From NCBI GenBank assembly GCA_910584255.1, contig CAJTXV010000001.1, positions 17,130 through 81,129 of the forward strand: a stretch of 64,000 nt of DNA, in the 5' to 3' direction. The position numbers and the translations under genes are program-made. Within the stretch, counting starts at the first letter, position 1. Every line of letters begins with the position of its first letter. The stretch is from an uncultured Bacilli bacterium (GTDB lineage Bacteria; Bacillota_I; Bacilli_A; RF39; UBA660). Below the pieces are notes generated by a model. The model was not told where the DNA came from. It did not search any database and was given only the letters and a program-made list of their open reading frames with translations. Positions 1-8,402 of the stretch are shown piece by piece.

Positions 1-223
1 CCGTAACTGTCACACTAGCATATGATCCTTCCTTTATTTGGTCATTGGCTACTAAGTCGGTAAAGTCTTTGGCTTCTCCTAAATCTTTAGATGAAATTAT
101 ATATGCACAAGAAAATAAAATGATAGAAATTGCTAGAAGAATGAGTCCTGCCATTAAGCAACGTAAATTGAGTTTCAAACCTTGACTTAATTTTGAGTTT
201 TTCTTCAGTTCCTTTATATTCAT
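1..223 (-). CDS. Partial CDS (N-terminus only; gene continues beyond window start): putative lipoprotein with signal peptide
   Basis: Manual translation of the minus strand from ATG at 221-223 gives MNIKELKKNSKLSQGLKLNLRCLMAGLILLAISIILFSCAYIISS..., open to position 1. AGGAGG RBS 8 nt upstream (231-240). Lipobox-like ILFSC after a hydrophobic stretch. Confidence 0.5.
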   Translation of the reverse strand, partial: MNIKELKKNSKLSQGLKLNLRCLMAGLILLAISIILFSCAYIISSKDLGEAKDFTDLVANDQIKEGSYASVTVT

Positions 224-303
224 ATAAAATAGCCTCCTATATTATTATACTCAGTATAACACATTCTAGGTAAAAGTAAAATGAAAAAATAGACATTTCC
301 CTC

Positions 304-1176
304 TTAAAGAGAATCAAACTCAATTATCTTTTGGTAAATTTCAAAAACGTCATGCGCTACTTTTTCATTTTCATAATATAGGTTTAGTAATTGACCTACA
401 TATTGTTTTTTAGATTTCTTAGTAAGTTCTGACTCTAGTTTTTCTAGCTTTTTAACTGTCATTTTTATACTAGTAGCATCATCCATTTCTGTACTAGATG
501 CAATCTGCATAATTCCCATTTTCTTTTCCCTTCCAGTCAATCGGTGAGTTATATAATCCAGTTTCCGAAAGAAAATAGGTCTTTTATAATTTTCATAAAT
601 CATTATGGCATAAACTACAGGGTATATTGATTTATTTTTTACCTTAATATTCTTTTGATACATATTTTTAAATCTTGTATATTGCACCAGAATATATTCT
701 TGTTTTCTATCTGCAAAAGTAGATACTTGTTCCTTATATTGAATACGAATATGCTTCTTGGCAGTCATATATAGAAAGATAATAATTAATAACCAGATCC
801 CTACTCTCATCTCTTCTGCCGTTGGAAAAACAGAAGAGACTTCAGAAATGAAATATACATTGGCAATATAACTACCAACGATAGAAATTCCATAAATCTG
901 AAAATAAAAAGATGGGTTCATTAAATCTTCCCGTTTTAAGATATTTTTAATATAGTAAAGTCGTATCACTAGTTCAAAAATAACAATTAAAAATAGATTT
1001 TGTTTTATTTCATAAGCAGATTCACTTGTGAATAATCCTGCTAAAACTATTTCATATACGATTGGTATAACCGCATGAATGATATTATTCTCTTTTTCTG
1101 CTTTATCAAAGTAATTCAAAATAAAGAATAATAAAATGGCAAAAATAAGGTATATAAAAATTGTAACTAAACTCAT
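304..1176 (-). CDS. Polytopic integral membrane protein, function unknown
   Basis: 290-aa ORF with multiple hydrophobic helices (IFIYLIFAILLFFIL, VIPIVYEIVLAGLF, LFLIVIFELVI, GIWLLIIIFLY). No recognisable catalytic motif. Confidence 0.5.
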   Translation of the reverse strand: MSLVTIFIYLIFAILLFFILNYFDKAEKENNIIHAVIPIVYEIVLAGLFTSESAYEIKQNLFLIVIFELVIRLYYIKNILKREDLMNPSFYFQIYGISIVGSYIANVYFISEVSSVFPTAEEMRVGIWLLIIIFLYMTAKKHIRIQYKEQVSTFADRKQEYILVQYTRFKNMYQKNIKVKNKSIYPVVYAIMIYENYKRPIFFRKLDYITHRLTGREKKMGIMQIASSTEMDDATSIKMTVKKLEKLESELTKKSKKQYVGQLLNLYYENEKVAHDVFEIYQKIIEFDSL

Positions 1177-1249
1177 AGAAATCCCCCTAAATTATTGATT
1201 ATTGTACTACACGAAATAGAAAAATACAAGGAATTTTCTAGGATTTAGA

Positions 1250-2044
1250 TTATTTAAATAATAAAAGATATATTTTTAAGAATATTTTTTGGCTTAAAGG
1301 TGCCCGATAAATGAATCTAGAGGAAGATGATTCTACTGCACGAACCATTTTTTTTACCATACTATGATATTTTTTCTTAGAAATTAAATGAAATGCCCTT
1401 CTTTCAAAATCCAAAAAAGAGGAACAACTAAAATAGGGATTGTCCTCTACAGTTGAAAGCATAAATTCATTAAACCCTGTTTTATAAATTCCTGGCTCTA
1501 TCATTTTAATAGAATATGGCAGAGAAAATATTTTTTGCTCATAGTAAAGTGTTGTGGCAAAAGAAATGAGAGATGCTTTCGTAGCTGAATAACTATCCAT
1601 AAAAGGTACAGGCATTAATCCTGCCATGGAAGCAGTAATAATTACTTTGACAAATTTCTTTTTTTGAAAGGAGGTTTCTAGATATTCTTTAATCAAAGCA
1701 AGATTTGAAAAGACATTTACATCAAAGTTTTTCTCTATTTCAGATATTGCTAAATCAAATATGCTTCCTCCAAGTCCCATCGCACCATTACAAAATAAAC
1801 AATCTATTTCTAGGTTTAGAATTTTCTTTCGATCGTTAGAACTTGTAATATCTAGGGGAAAACATTCATACTTTTTGAATGCCATTTTCTTTAATTTTTC
1901 TTTCACTGTAGAAACTTCCGTTTTATGATGGGTTGTAAAATACACAAAATGATTTCTTTCTAACAATTTGCATCCAAGTTCAAATCCAAGTCCGCTGGTA
2001 GAACCTATAATTAAAACATTCACATACATCACCATTTTTAGCAT
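1250..2044 (-). CDS. Short-chain dehydrogenase/reductase (SDR) family oxidoreductase
   Basis: N-terminal Rossmann motif IIGSTSGLGFELG (TGxxxGxG-like) and catalytic YSATK (YxxxK). Length is typical of classical SDRs. Confidence 0.75.
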   Translation of the reverse strand: MLKMVMYVNVLIIGSTSGLGFELGCKLLERNHFVYFTTHHKTEVSTVKEKLKKMAFKKYECFPLDITSSNDRKKILNLEIDCLFCNGAMGLGGSIFDLAISEIEKNFDVNVFSNLALIKEYLETSFQKKKFVKVIITASMAGLMPVPFMDSYSATKASLISFATTLYYEQKIFSLPYSIKMIEPGIYKTGFNEFMLSTVEDNPYFSCSSFLDFERRAFHLISKKKYHSMVKKMVRAVESSSSRFIYRAPLSQKIFLKIYLLLFK

Positions 2045-2094
2045 GTACTAAAAGAGAATAATTAAACAAAAAATAAAGATATAAATTCATATCT

Positions 2095-3534
2095 TTATTT
2101 AGATAATAATTTACGTAAAAAACCTTTTTTTCTTAAAAGGGAATTTACCTTTGCTTCTGGTGAAATGAGTTTAATGACTGTTCCAAGTATGGTATATAAT
2201 GTTCCATAACCAGTTACATAATTTCTTTTACTATAAGAAGAATCTATAATAATTACTGGAACCGTATTAGAAAAATCTACTAATTCTTCCTTTTGAGTAG
2301 CAGATAAAATCTCTTTTTTAACTCCAAATAAAGATGAAATAACCAGAGAATATTTATCTTGGCAGTAGTCTTTAACAAAGGCTAGATTTTGATCAACCTG
2401 TGTCATTACCTGTTTCATAGATACTTCATCATTATATTGATCCATTCTATGATTAATTACAATCAATTGATATTTATCATTATCTAAAACACTTTTCATC
2501 TGTTCTTGATTGAATAAAAGTCCAGAATCTGTCAGTGCATATTCCACAGTTCCATCACCAGTTGGGGAAAGCCCATTAATCATATAATTGACAACTGATA
2601 AGTTTTCTTGATCGACTAAAACAAGTGCTTTGGCATCAATTTGCTTTAAGGCATTAGACATTGAATACTCGGATGTTACATTTCCATAAATGTTTTGAAC
2701 CCCTGCTGTATTATGAAGCGGAAATAATGAGTAATAAGTAAGTGTCCCTGGAGTTACTTGACTGTTAAAGAAGGCTGGTGGATTATTCATTAAATTCATA
2801 AACTTAGAGCAATCTACTTCATCGTAGTTATAAAATAAGATAATGTCATTCGTTTCTAAACTGAATTGATCATTTACGCAAAAAGCCTTGGCGTTATTTG
2901 GCAATATTTTGAAGGTTTGAAGGGATCCAATTTTTTGATCCGTATCCTTCCACCTTTCCCCATTTCCACGAAATAGCATTCTACCTAAATCATTAAACTC
3001 ATTCAGTCTTTCCTCTCCTAGCAATAAATTTTTTCCAAAAACAACACCTATTTTCATGTTTGGTAGCGACTCATAATTTAATTTATAAAGTGTCTTGGCA
3101 ATCGACTTATATCCATCCATCGTAGGATTTGTCATAATTGGATGAACAAAAATAGTTTTGTTAGTATTTAAAGAAGTAACAAAAGATTTTAAATGATCAC
3201 TAATTCGAGCACTGTCTAGAAAACAAAAAATATGTAGTTTTACACTATTAGGATTTTGTAATGCCATTGATAAGTTCTGAAAAGTAGGACTTTGATTCCA
3301 TATGTTCTCATCTACTACTTTATCAACAAATGGAAATGATAAGGCATCTGCATTTCCAGTACTTAGTATTTGATAACCAGTTGTATAATTAAATGCTTTG
3401 GTATCAACAGTTGTAAAAAATTCAGAAATAGAACACTGATCCATTACAGGCATTACATCTTTAGTATACATATCACAAGAGTCTTTATGCTCAATTCCTA
3501 ATCCATTAATTAAAAATAAAACCGTTTTTTTCAC
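2095..3534 (-). CDS. Hypothetical protein, possibly alkaline-phosphatase-superfamily/metalloenzyme-like
   Basis: 479-aa ORF. The N-terminus MKKTVLFLINGLGIE resembles the start of the phosphopentomutase/iPGM-type metalloenzyme fold, but the GNSEVGH-type motifs are absent, so the assignment is weak. Confidence 0.3.
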   Translation of the reverse strand: MKKTVLFLINGLGIEHKDSCDMYTKDVMPVMDQCSISEFFTTVDTKAFNYTTGYQILSTGNADALSFPFVDKVVDENIWNQSPTFQNLSMALQNPNSVKLHIFCFLDSARISDHLKSFVTSLNTNKTIFVHPIMTNPTMDGYKSIAKTLYKLNYESLPNMKIGVVFGKNLLLGEERLNEFNDLGRMLFRGNGERWKDTDQKIGSLQTFKILPNNAKAFCVNDQFSLETNDIILFYNYDEVDCSKFMNLMNNPPAFFNSQVTPGTLTYYSLFPLHNTAGVQNIYGNVTSEYSMSNALKQIDAKALVLVDQENLSVVNYMINGLSPTGDGTVEYALTDSGLLFNQEQMKSVLDNDKYQLIVINHRMDQYNDEVSMKQVMTQVDQNLAFVKDYCQDKYSLVISSLFGVKKEILSATQKEELVDFSNTVPVIIIDSSYSKRNYVTGYGTLYTILGTVIKLISPEAKVNSLLRKKGFLRKLLSK

Positions 3535-3616
3535 GCTAGAATCATCCCTCTCTACTATCTATAGTAATTTTACCTTTTTCATATGAAAAAGTCAAAGAAA
3601 ATTCAAGATTCGGCAA

Positions 3617-4312
3617 TTACTTTACCTTTTTTGAAACTATGAGTAAATATGAATCCTTTGGAGAATAATAACACGTTTGCAATACTAAAATATCATCATT
3701 ATGCACATCTATGGTTGTATTATAAATAGAATGTTTTTGAAACCATTCTAAATGTCTTTGATATTCTTCTTGACTCATTTTCAGTTTCATATGTTGGAAA
3801 TCATTTGTAACAATTACTACAGAAAAGATTTGATAATGGTAGGAAGTATCTCTTCCCTGTAAAACAAAACCAGGATGCTCTCTTAAAAAAGAGGGATCTG
3901 TATATTCTTCTAAAATATGAAATGATGTATTTATAGTTTTTGAATTATGACCATAGATTAAAAGTTTTCGATCATCTAAATGATTTCGATAATCTAAAAA
4001 AGGTGTTCCCATTTTATCTTCTTCTCCAGTTAGTGAATGATTTAAGTAAAAAGAATTATCTGTTCCTTGTACAATTGGAATTTCAATATTCGTATTTGCA
4101 ATTGTTAATGTTAAAGGAGCAGATATATTATTTTTCAAATTAAAAGTAGAAGTATCGGAAACAAGAGAAATTGATTCTAAAAAAATATCTTTTTCTACTA
4201 CGTCTTTATGGTACATCTGTAGAAAGTTCTCATTATATGAGAATAAGAAAAACAGTAAATTATAACTAAAAAATAAGAAAAATATAATTTTATAAAAAGA
4301 ATAGTGGTGCAA
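3617..4312 (-). CDS. Sortase, class B (SrtB family)
   Basis: Shares FLDYRN, IYGHN and the C-terminal active-site LVLQTCYY (TLxTC variant) with S. aureus SrtB (IVGWI..FMDFRN..ILYGHH..TLSTC). N-terminal membrane anchor. Confidence 0.7.
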   Translation of the reverse strand: MHHYSFYKIIFFLFFSYNLLFFLFSYNENFLQMYHKDVVEKDIFLESISLVSDTSTFNLKNNISAPLTLTIANTNIEIPIVQGTDNSFYLNHSLTGEEDKMGTPFLDYRNHLDDRKLLIYGHNSKTINTSFHILEEYTDPSFLREHPGFVLQGRDTSYHYQIFSVVIVTNDFQHMKLKMSQEEYQRHLEWFQKHSIYNTTIDVHNDDILVLQTCYYSPKDSYLLIVSKKVK

Positions 4313-4381
4313 GAGAAAATCCCCCTTCTATATACTCCTACTTATAATATACAAAAAAAAATTAAAAAACGTCTAAATTTT

Positions 4382-5188
4382 TTAATTTCTATTCTCATAC
4401 ATAGTTAATTTTGCATGTAAGACCATTTTTTCAGCACTGTTATAACAAGTAGATAATGTTAATATCTTATCTGTAGGTCCCACCACCGTAGGAAATTGAT
4501 ACACACTACGTTTTGTAATTAAATCAATAAAATTCATATATTGTTCATCACTAATAAAATTCGTATATAGGTAATCATCTGTTGTTTTAATATGATATAT
4601 ACTAAAGACTTCAAATACGTAATTATAAAATGGAGTAGATATCTTTAAGATATGATTTTCAGAATTGTCAAACCATTCACGATTTAATGTGTTTTTTAAA
4701 GTTCCAAACATTGTTCCATCTACACGACCGTGTGCATAAATAATGGTATTAGTATCTAAATCCGTAGTTGAGTTACGATAGTCAAGAAATACCCAACCTG
4801 CACTATTATAAGTACGGTCTAAAGACTTTTTTAAATAATACTTATTATCCGTATGTTGAACAAAAGGATAATTGATATTTGTCCCTTTTACTTGAATCCA
4901 ACCAACCACTTCACTGTTTCTTTTTAATAATGGTTCAAAATCAACTCCCATTAGTTTTTCTTCTGTATGAATGGCATCTTCCACTATGACATCTGCTGCA
5001 ACTTTGGGTGGTTTTTCATCAATTACTACTAAATTCTGTACTTCATGAATTTGCTTAGTCGTTTCTTGATTATCTTTCATCCATGTCAGAATATGGAAAG
5101 ATGAATAGCAAATTCCCCCCAAAAAGGTAACTGCTAATGATATTAATACAAAATCTAAAAATAGAATTTTTTTCATAATCGCCTCCAA
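4382..5188 (-). CDS. Sortase, class B (SrtB family)
   Basis: VVGWIQVKGTNINYPFVQ, FLDYRN, IIYAHG and LTLSTCYNS match the SrtB signature (IVGWIKLSGTSLNYPVLQ...FMDFRN...TLSTC). N-terminal TM segment. Confidence 0.8.
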   Translation of the reverse strand: MEAIMKKILFLDFVLISLAVTFLGGICYSSFHILTWMKDNQETTKQIHEVQNLVVIDEKPPKVAADVIVEDAIHTEEKLMGVDFEPLLKRNSEVVGWIQVKGTNINYPFVQHTDNKYYLKKSLDRTYNSAGWVFLDYRNSTTDLDTNTIIYAHGRVDGTMFGTLKNTLNREWFDNSENHILKISTPFYNYVFEVFSIYHIKTTDDYLYTNFISDEQYMNFIDLITKRSVYQFPTVVGPTDKILTLSTCYNSAEKMVLHAKLTMYENRN

Positions 5189-5213
5189 AAAAGAAAAAGA
5201 TTTAAGAAGTATC

Positions 5214-6104
5214 TTAAATCAGTTCTTCAATCGTATGTGTATTTGCAGAATCTTCTACAGGAATGTTTCTTTTAATCACTTGTCGAACAATATATACTGT
5301 AATCGACAAAATCATAGCTCCTAAGACTAATCCTACACAAAGTGCTAATTTAGGTGCATCCATAGTACTAGCTACTTCGATTTTTTCTTCTTCCTGTTTT
5401 TCTTCAGAAACTCTAATTCCACGAACTAATAATCGATGCGTATTCACAGCATATGGAGTACAGGTAACTAAGGTCACATAATCTTTTCCCTCTTGAATTT
5501 TTAAAGGTTCCGTATTCGAAGGATCAATTACTAAGACCTGATCCACCTGATAAACGAGTACTTGTTCCATCACATATATATAGAACTTATCACCCTTTTT
5601 TATTTGATCTAAATCCGTAAACAGTCTAGCAGAAGGAAGACCTCTATGAGCAGCTAAAATGGAATGCGTTGTATTTCCACCCACTGGAAAGGAACTTCCT
5701 TCTAAATGACCTACACCCTTTTGTAGAACTTTAGCACTTGTACCATGATAGATTGGAATTTTTACATCAATCTTTGGTATTGCAATATATCCCATCGTCC
5801 CTGATTGATCGACATCTAAAATTTCTAAATAATCACTAGAGTTCGCTACTTCACTCGAAGTAAAGACATCTGTTATATTTGCATTTGTTAATTTTTTATT
5901 ATAATTCTCTGCTTCCCTAATCAGTTTTTTAGAATCTTGCTTTGTATCATTTTTTACTTGATTCTGATAATTTACAATTACTTGATCAAATTCTTTTTCT
6001 TTTATTACATTACTAATCACAGGATATAACATAATTGACAGTCCAGAAATAAATAGAATTGTGAATAAAAACAATGGAAGATATTTTTTAATAATATTTT
6101 TCAT
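5214..6104 (-). CDS. Sortase, class C (pilus-polymerising)
   Basis: TLVTCTPY active-site motif, catalytic His region AAHRGL, N-terminal TM plus a C-terminal hydrophobic anchor (LALCVGLVLGAMILSITVYIV) typical of class C sortases. Confidence 0.85.
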   Translation of the reverse strand: MKNIIKKYLPLFLFTILFISGLSIMLYPVISNVIKEKEFDQVIVNYQNQVKNDTKQDSKKLIREAENYNKKLTNANITDVFTSSEVANSSDYLEILDVDQSGTMGYIAIPKIDVKIPIYHGTSAKVLQKGVGHLEGSSFPVGGNTTHSILAAHRGLPSARLFTDLDQIKKGDKFYIYVMEQVLVYQVDQVLVIDPSNTEPLKIQEGKDYVTLVTCTPYAVNTHRLLVRGIRVSEEKQEEEKIEVASTMDAPKLALCVGLVLGAMILSITVYIVRQVIKRNIPVEDSANTHTIEELI

Positions 6105-6112
6105 CTATATAA

Positions 6113-7645
6113 TTATACTTCTAATTTATTTTTCCTTCTATAAACAAATACAAACCAGATTGCTCCAATCATAAGAACTGCACCTGAAACTGTAAATATA
6201 ATCGTACCCATACCACCAGTAATAGGTAATACTCCTACTTTTGCATTAGAAACCCTTGCAGTAATTACACCATCTGTAGCATCTGCATCTGTAATTGTTA
6301 CTTGAATTGCATCATTAATTAAAGAATAACCTGCAGGAGATTTTGTTTCTTTTAACCAATAACTTCCTTCTTTTAATCCTTTTACAGTTACTGAACCGTC
6401 GCTTCCAGTTGTAACTGTTCCTTGTAAATCTGTTAAGTTTTCATCTCTATAGACTTCAAATGTAGCACCTGATAATAGATTTGTTTCGTTATTTCTTTCG
6501 TGCTTAATGATTGATAATGCATATGTTTTAACAATAACTACACCCGGACCATCCAAAGTGATTGGAGTGGTTGAAGTACCTGTTCCATATGGATCATTGG
6601 AATACTCTAATTGAGCACTGTTGTTATTATTTCCACCAATTACAGCATTATTATTTAATCTTCCTTTATAAGTAACTTTTAACGTTGTACTTTTTACATA
6701 AGTAAGATCAAATTCAATTGTAATTTTTTGACCTTCTACTGTAATGGTAGCCACTTGTTCACCTGTAGCATTTGTTACGGCTCCAGTTGTAGCATTTACT
6801 GTTAAGGCTGTATCACCATCACTTATACCTAACGCATCCATCCCAGAGAATGTAAGACCATCTGACATAGTATCAGTTAATACGTATTTTTTGTTTGTTG
6901 CATTGGTTGGGTATTGTGGAACCGTCAAATTAATTTCAAATGGGATATCTTCTCCAATTTCAGCAGAAATATTAGTTTTTCCATTACCTTTTTTTATGAT
7001 TCCTGCTTCACTTACCTTAGCAACAATACTTGCATCTTGTAATGACCAAGTTCCATCTACTACTGAAATTGCAATGTTTCCAACCATTACTGCATAAACT
7101 TTTGACGTAGAAGTTGGCAAAATTAGATAAGAACCTGCATCCGCAGTTACTGTAGAAGTAGTTCCAGAGGTAGCCATTTGCGTACCCTCTACTGAATGTT
7201 GTTTAATATATCCGGCATATACACTTGCTAGTGTATCTAAAGTAGATTCTGTTATTGTACTACCATTTTCAATATTTCCACTCGTTAGTAACATATAATC
7301 TTGAACAGATAAACTACTATATGTAGCTGACTGTGCTAAGAAAGCCTTAAAATCAGCTGTAAAATCATAACTAATCACATTGGAAGTTTCATTATAATAT
7401 GCATCTAAGATTTTATAAGCCTTTAAAGTATCTCCAGTATCTACATTACTAATTATAATAGTTCCCTGATTTGTCACATAATGACTATTTGCATCTGTAG
7501 CTAAACTCTTTGTATTATCAACAGTAATTGTAATAGCCGCAGCAGAAACTGTTGTTACAAATCCAAGAAAAGCAAACATTACTGTTAATAATAATTTTTT
7601 AATACTAATTTTCATTTTCACTACTGTCGTCCTTTCCATTTTCAT
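6113..7645 (-). CDS. Major (backbone) pilin subunit, LPXTG-anchored
   Basis: Signal peptide. C-terminal LPITGG sorting motif followed by a hydrophobic span and RRKNK tail. E-box-like YWLKETKSPAGY within a CnaB-type domain (GATFEVY...GSVTVKGLKEGSYWLKE). Gene lies directly upstream of the class C sortase gene. Confidence 0.8.
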   Translation of the reverse strand: MKMERTTVVKMKISIKKLLLTVMFAFLGFVTTVSAAAITITVDNTKSLATDANSHYVTNQGTIIISNVDTGDTLKAYKILDAYYNETSNVISYDFTADFKAFLAQSATYSSLSVQDYMLLTSGNIENGSTITESTLDTLASVYAGYIKQHSVEGTQMATSGTTSTVTADAGSYLILPTSTSKVYAVMVGNIAISVVDGTWSLQDASIVAKVSEAGIIKKGNGKTNISAEIGEDIPFEINLTVPQYPTNATNKKYVLTDTMSDGLTFSGMDALGISDGDTALTVNATTGAVTNATGEQVATITVEGQKITIEFDLTYVKSTTLKVTYKGRLNNNAVIGGNNNNSAQLEYSNDPYGTGTSTTPITLDGPGVVIVKTYALSIIKHERNNETNLLSGATFEVYRDENLTDLQGTVTTGSDGSVTVKGLKEGSYWLKETKSPAGYSLINDAIQVTITDADATDGVITARVSNAKVGVLPITGGMGTIIFTVSGAVLMIGAIWFVFVYRRKNKLEV

Positions 7646-8402
7646 TACTTATTTTCTCTTTTTTCTTTTTCTTTACTATATAATAAACAACAATTCCAAT
7701 TCCAATTACACAAACAGCAAATATACTTACATATACTACAATATCATCGTAGGTACTTGGCGAAAAAACTGTATTATGATTTCCATTTGTTGGTGTTGGA
7801 GTAGGCGTTGGTGTTGGTGTTGGTGTTGGTGTTGGTGTCGGTGAAATTGAAGGCGATGGGCTTGGTGTTGGCACAGCCACTGCTTCCGTTTTTACATCGA
7901 CAGGTATATCATAAATGTAATTCCCATCTTCAATTTGTGGTATAGATACAAGGAATGGTATTGCTTGATATTTTTCTCCGTTATCAATTACATCCTCTGT
8001 TAAAACTAAATATATACCTGGTGTCAGATTATTAAACAAAACATGCCCTGTTTTATTCGTATTTTTTTGATAATCATACGCTATTTGATTTTCTACAATA
8101 ACCTCTGATAATTCTTTTGCCAAGGCTCCAGTAGCAGAAGCGGAAAGATCATTTAAATTTTCCGTTCTGTTAGTAAATGAACCTATATAACTATAATTTC
8201 CAATCGTGTCTACATCTGCAATCTTATAAATGGAAACTACTGCATTTTCAATTGATTTTTCATCATATTGATAATTTAAATTCATACTGCTTGCATGTGT
8301 TAAGTCAATAGCAGCAAATACGTTACAAGTATATACAAATAGTAACAAAATTCCAAGAAAGAAACTATTTCTTATTTTTTTTAGCATTTTGTCCACCTCC
8401 AT
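7605..8402 (-). CDS. Pilus-associated surface protein with PT-repeat linker and C-terminal membrane anchor (no LPXTG)
   Basis: Signal peptide, CnaB-like segment (GHVLFNNLTPGIYLVLTED), a (PT)n linker, one C-terminal TM helix and a K/E-rich tail. Sits between the tip-adhesin and backbone-pilin genes with ATGA-type overlap. Confidence 0.5.
   Translation of the reverse strand: MEVDKMLKKIRNSFFLGILLLFVYTCNVFAAIDLTHASSMNLNYQYDEKSIENAVVSIYKIADVDTIGNYSYIGSFTNRTENLNDLSASATGALAKELSEVIVENQIAYDYQKNTNKTGHVLFNNLTPGIYLVLTEDVIDNGEKYQAIPFLVSIPQIEDGNYIYDIPVDVKTEAVAVPTPSPSPSISPTPTPTPTPTPTPTPTPTNGNHNTVFSPSTYDDIVVYVSIFAVCVIGIGIVVYYIVKKKKKEKISNENGKDDSSENEN
7803..7845 (-). repeat. Hexanucleotide microsatellite (ggtgtt)n encoding the PT-repeat linker
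   Basis: Direct read: gttggtgttggtgttggtgttggtgttggtgtcggtg, about 7 tandem 6-nt units inside the 265-aa ORF. Confidence 0.8.

Noticed and set aside
2095-3534. Calling the 479-aa protein a cofactor-independent phosphoglycerate mutase or phosphopentomutase
   Set aside because: Only the extreme N-terminus (VLFLINGLGIE) resembles that superfamily. The diagnostic metal-binding motifs (GNSEVGH, DxxGH) were not found, so it is left as a weak superfamily-level suggestion.
3940-4143. Numerous 60-180-aa plus-strand ORFs in the six-frame track (e.g. 3940-4143, 5263-5481, 6744-7097, 9049-9350, 13371-19800 series, 21490-22289, 24864-26973, 37044-39020, 43857-46768, 52018-53904, 55778-56690, 59741-60284, 62837-63070)
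   Set aside because: All lie antisense to or out of frame within long minus-strand genes that carry clear protein-family signatures. Their sequence is low-complexity (poly-S/F/L/V from AT-rich antisense) and they have no RBS. They are treated as spurious.
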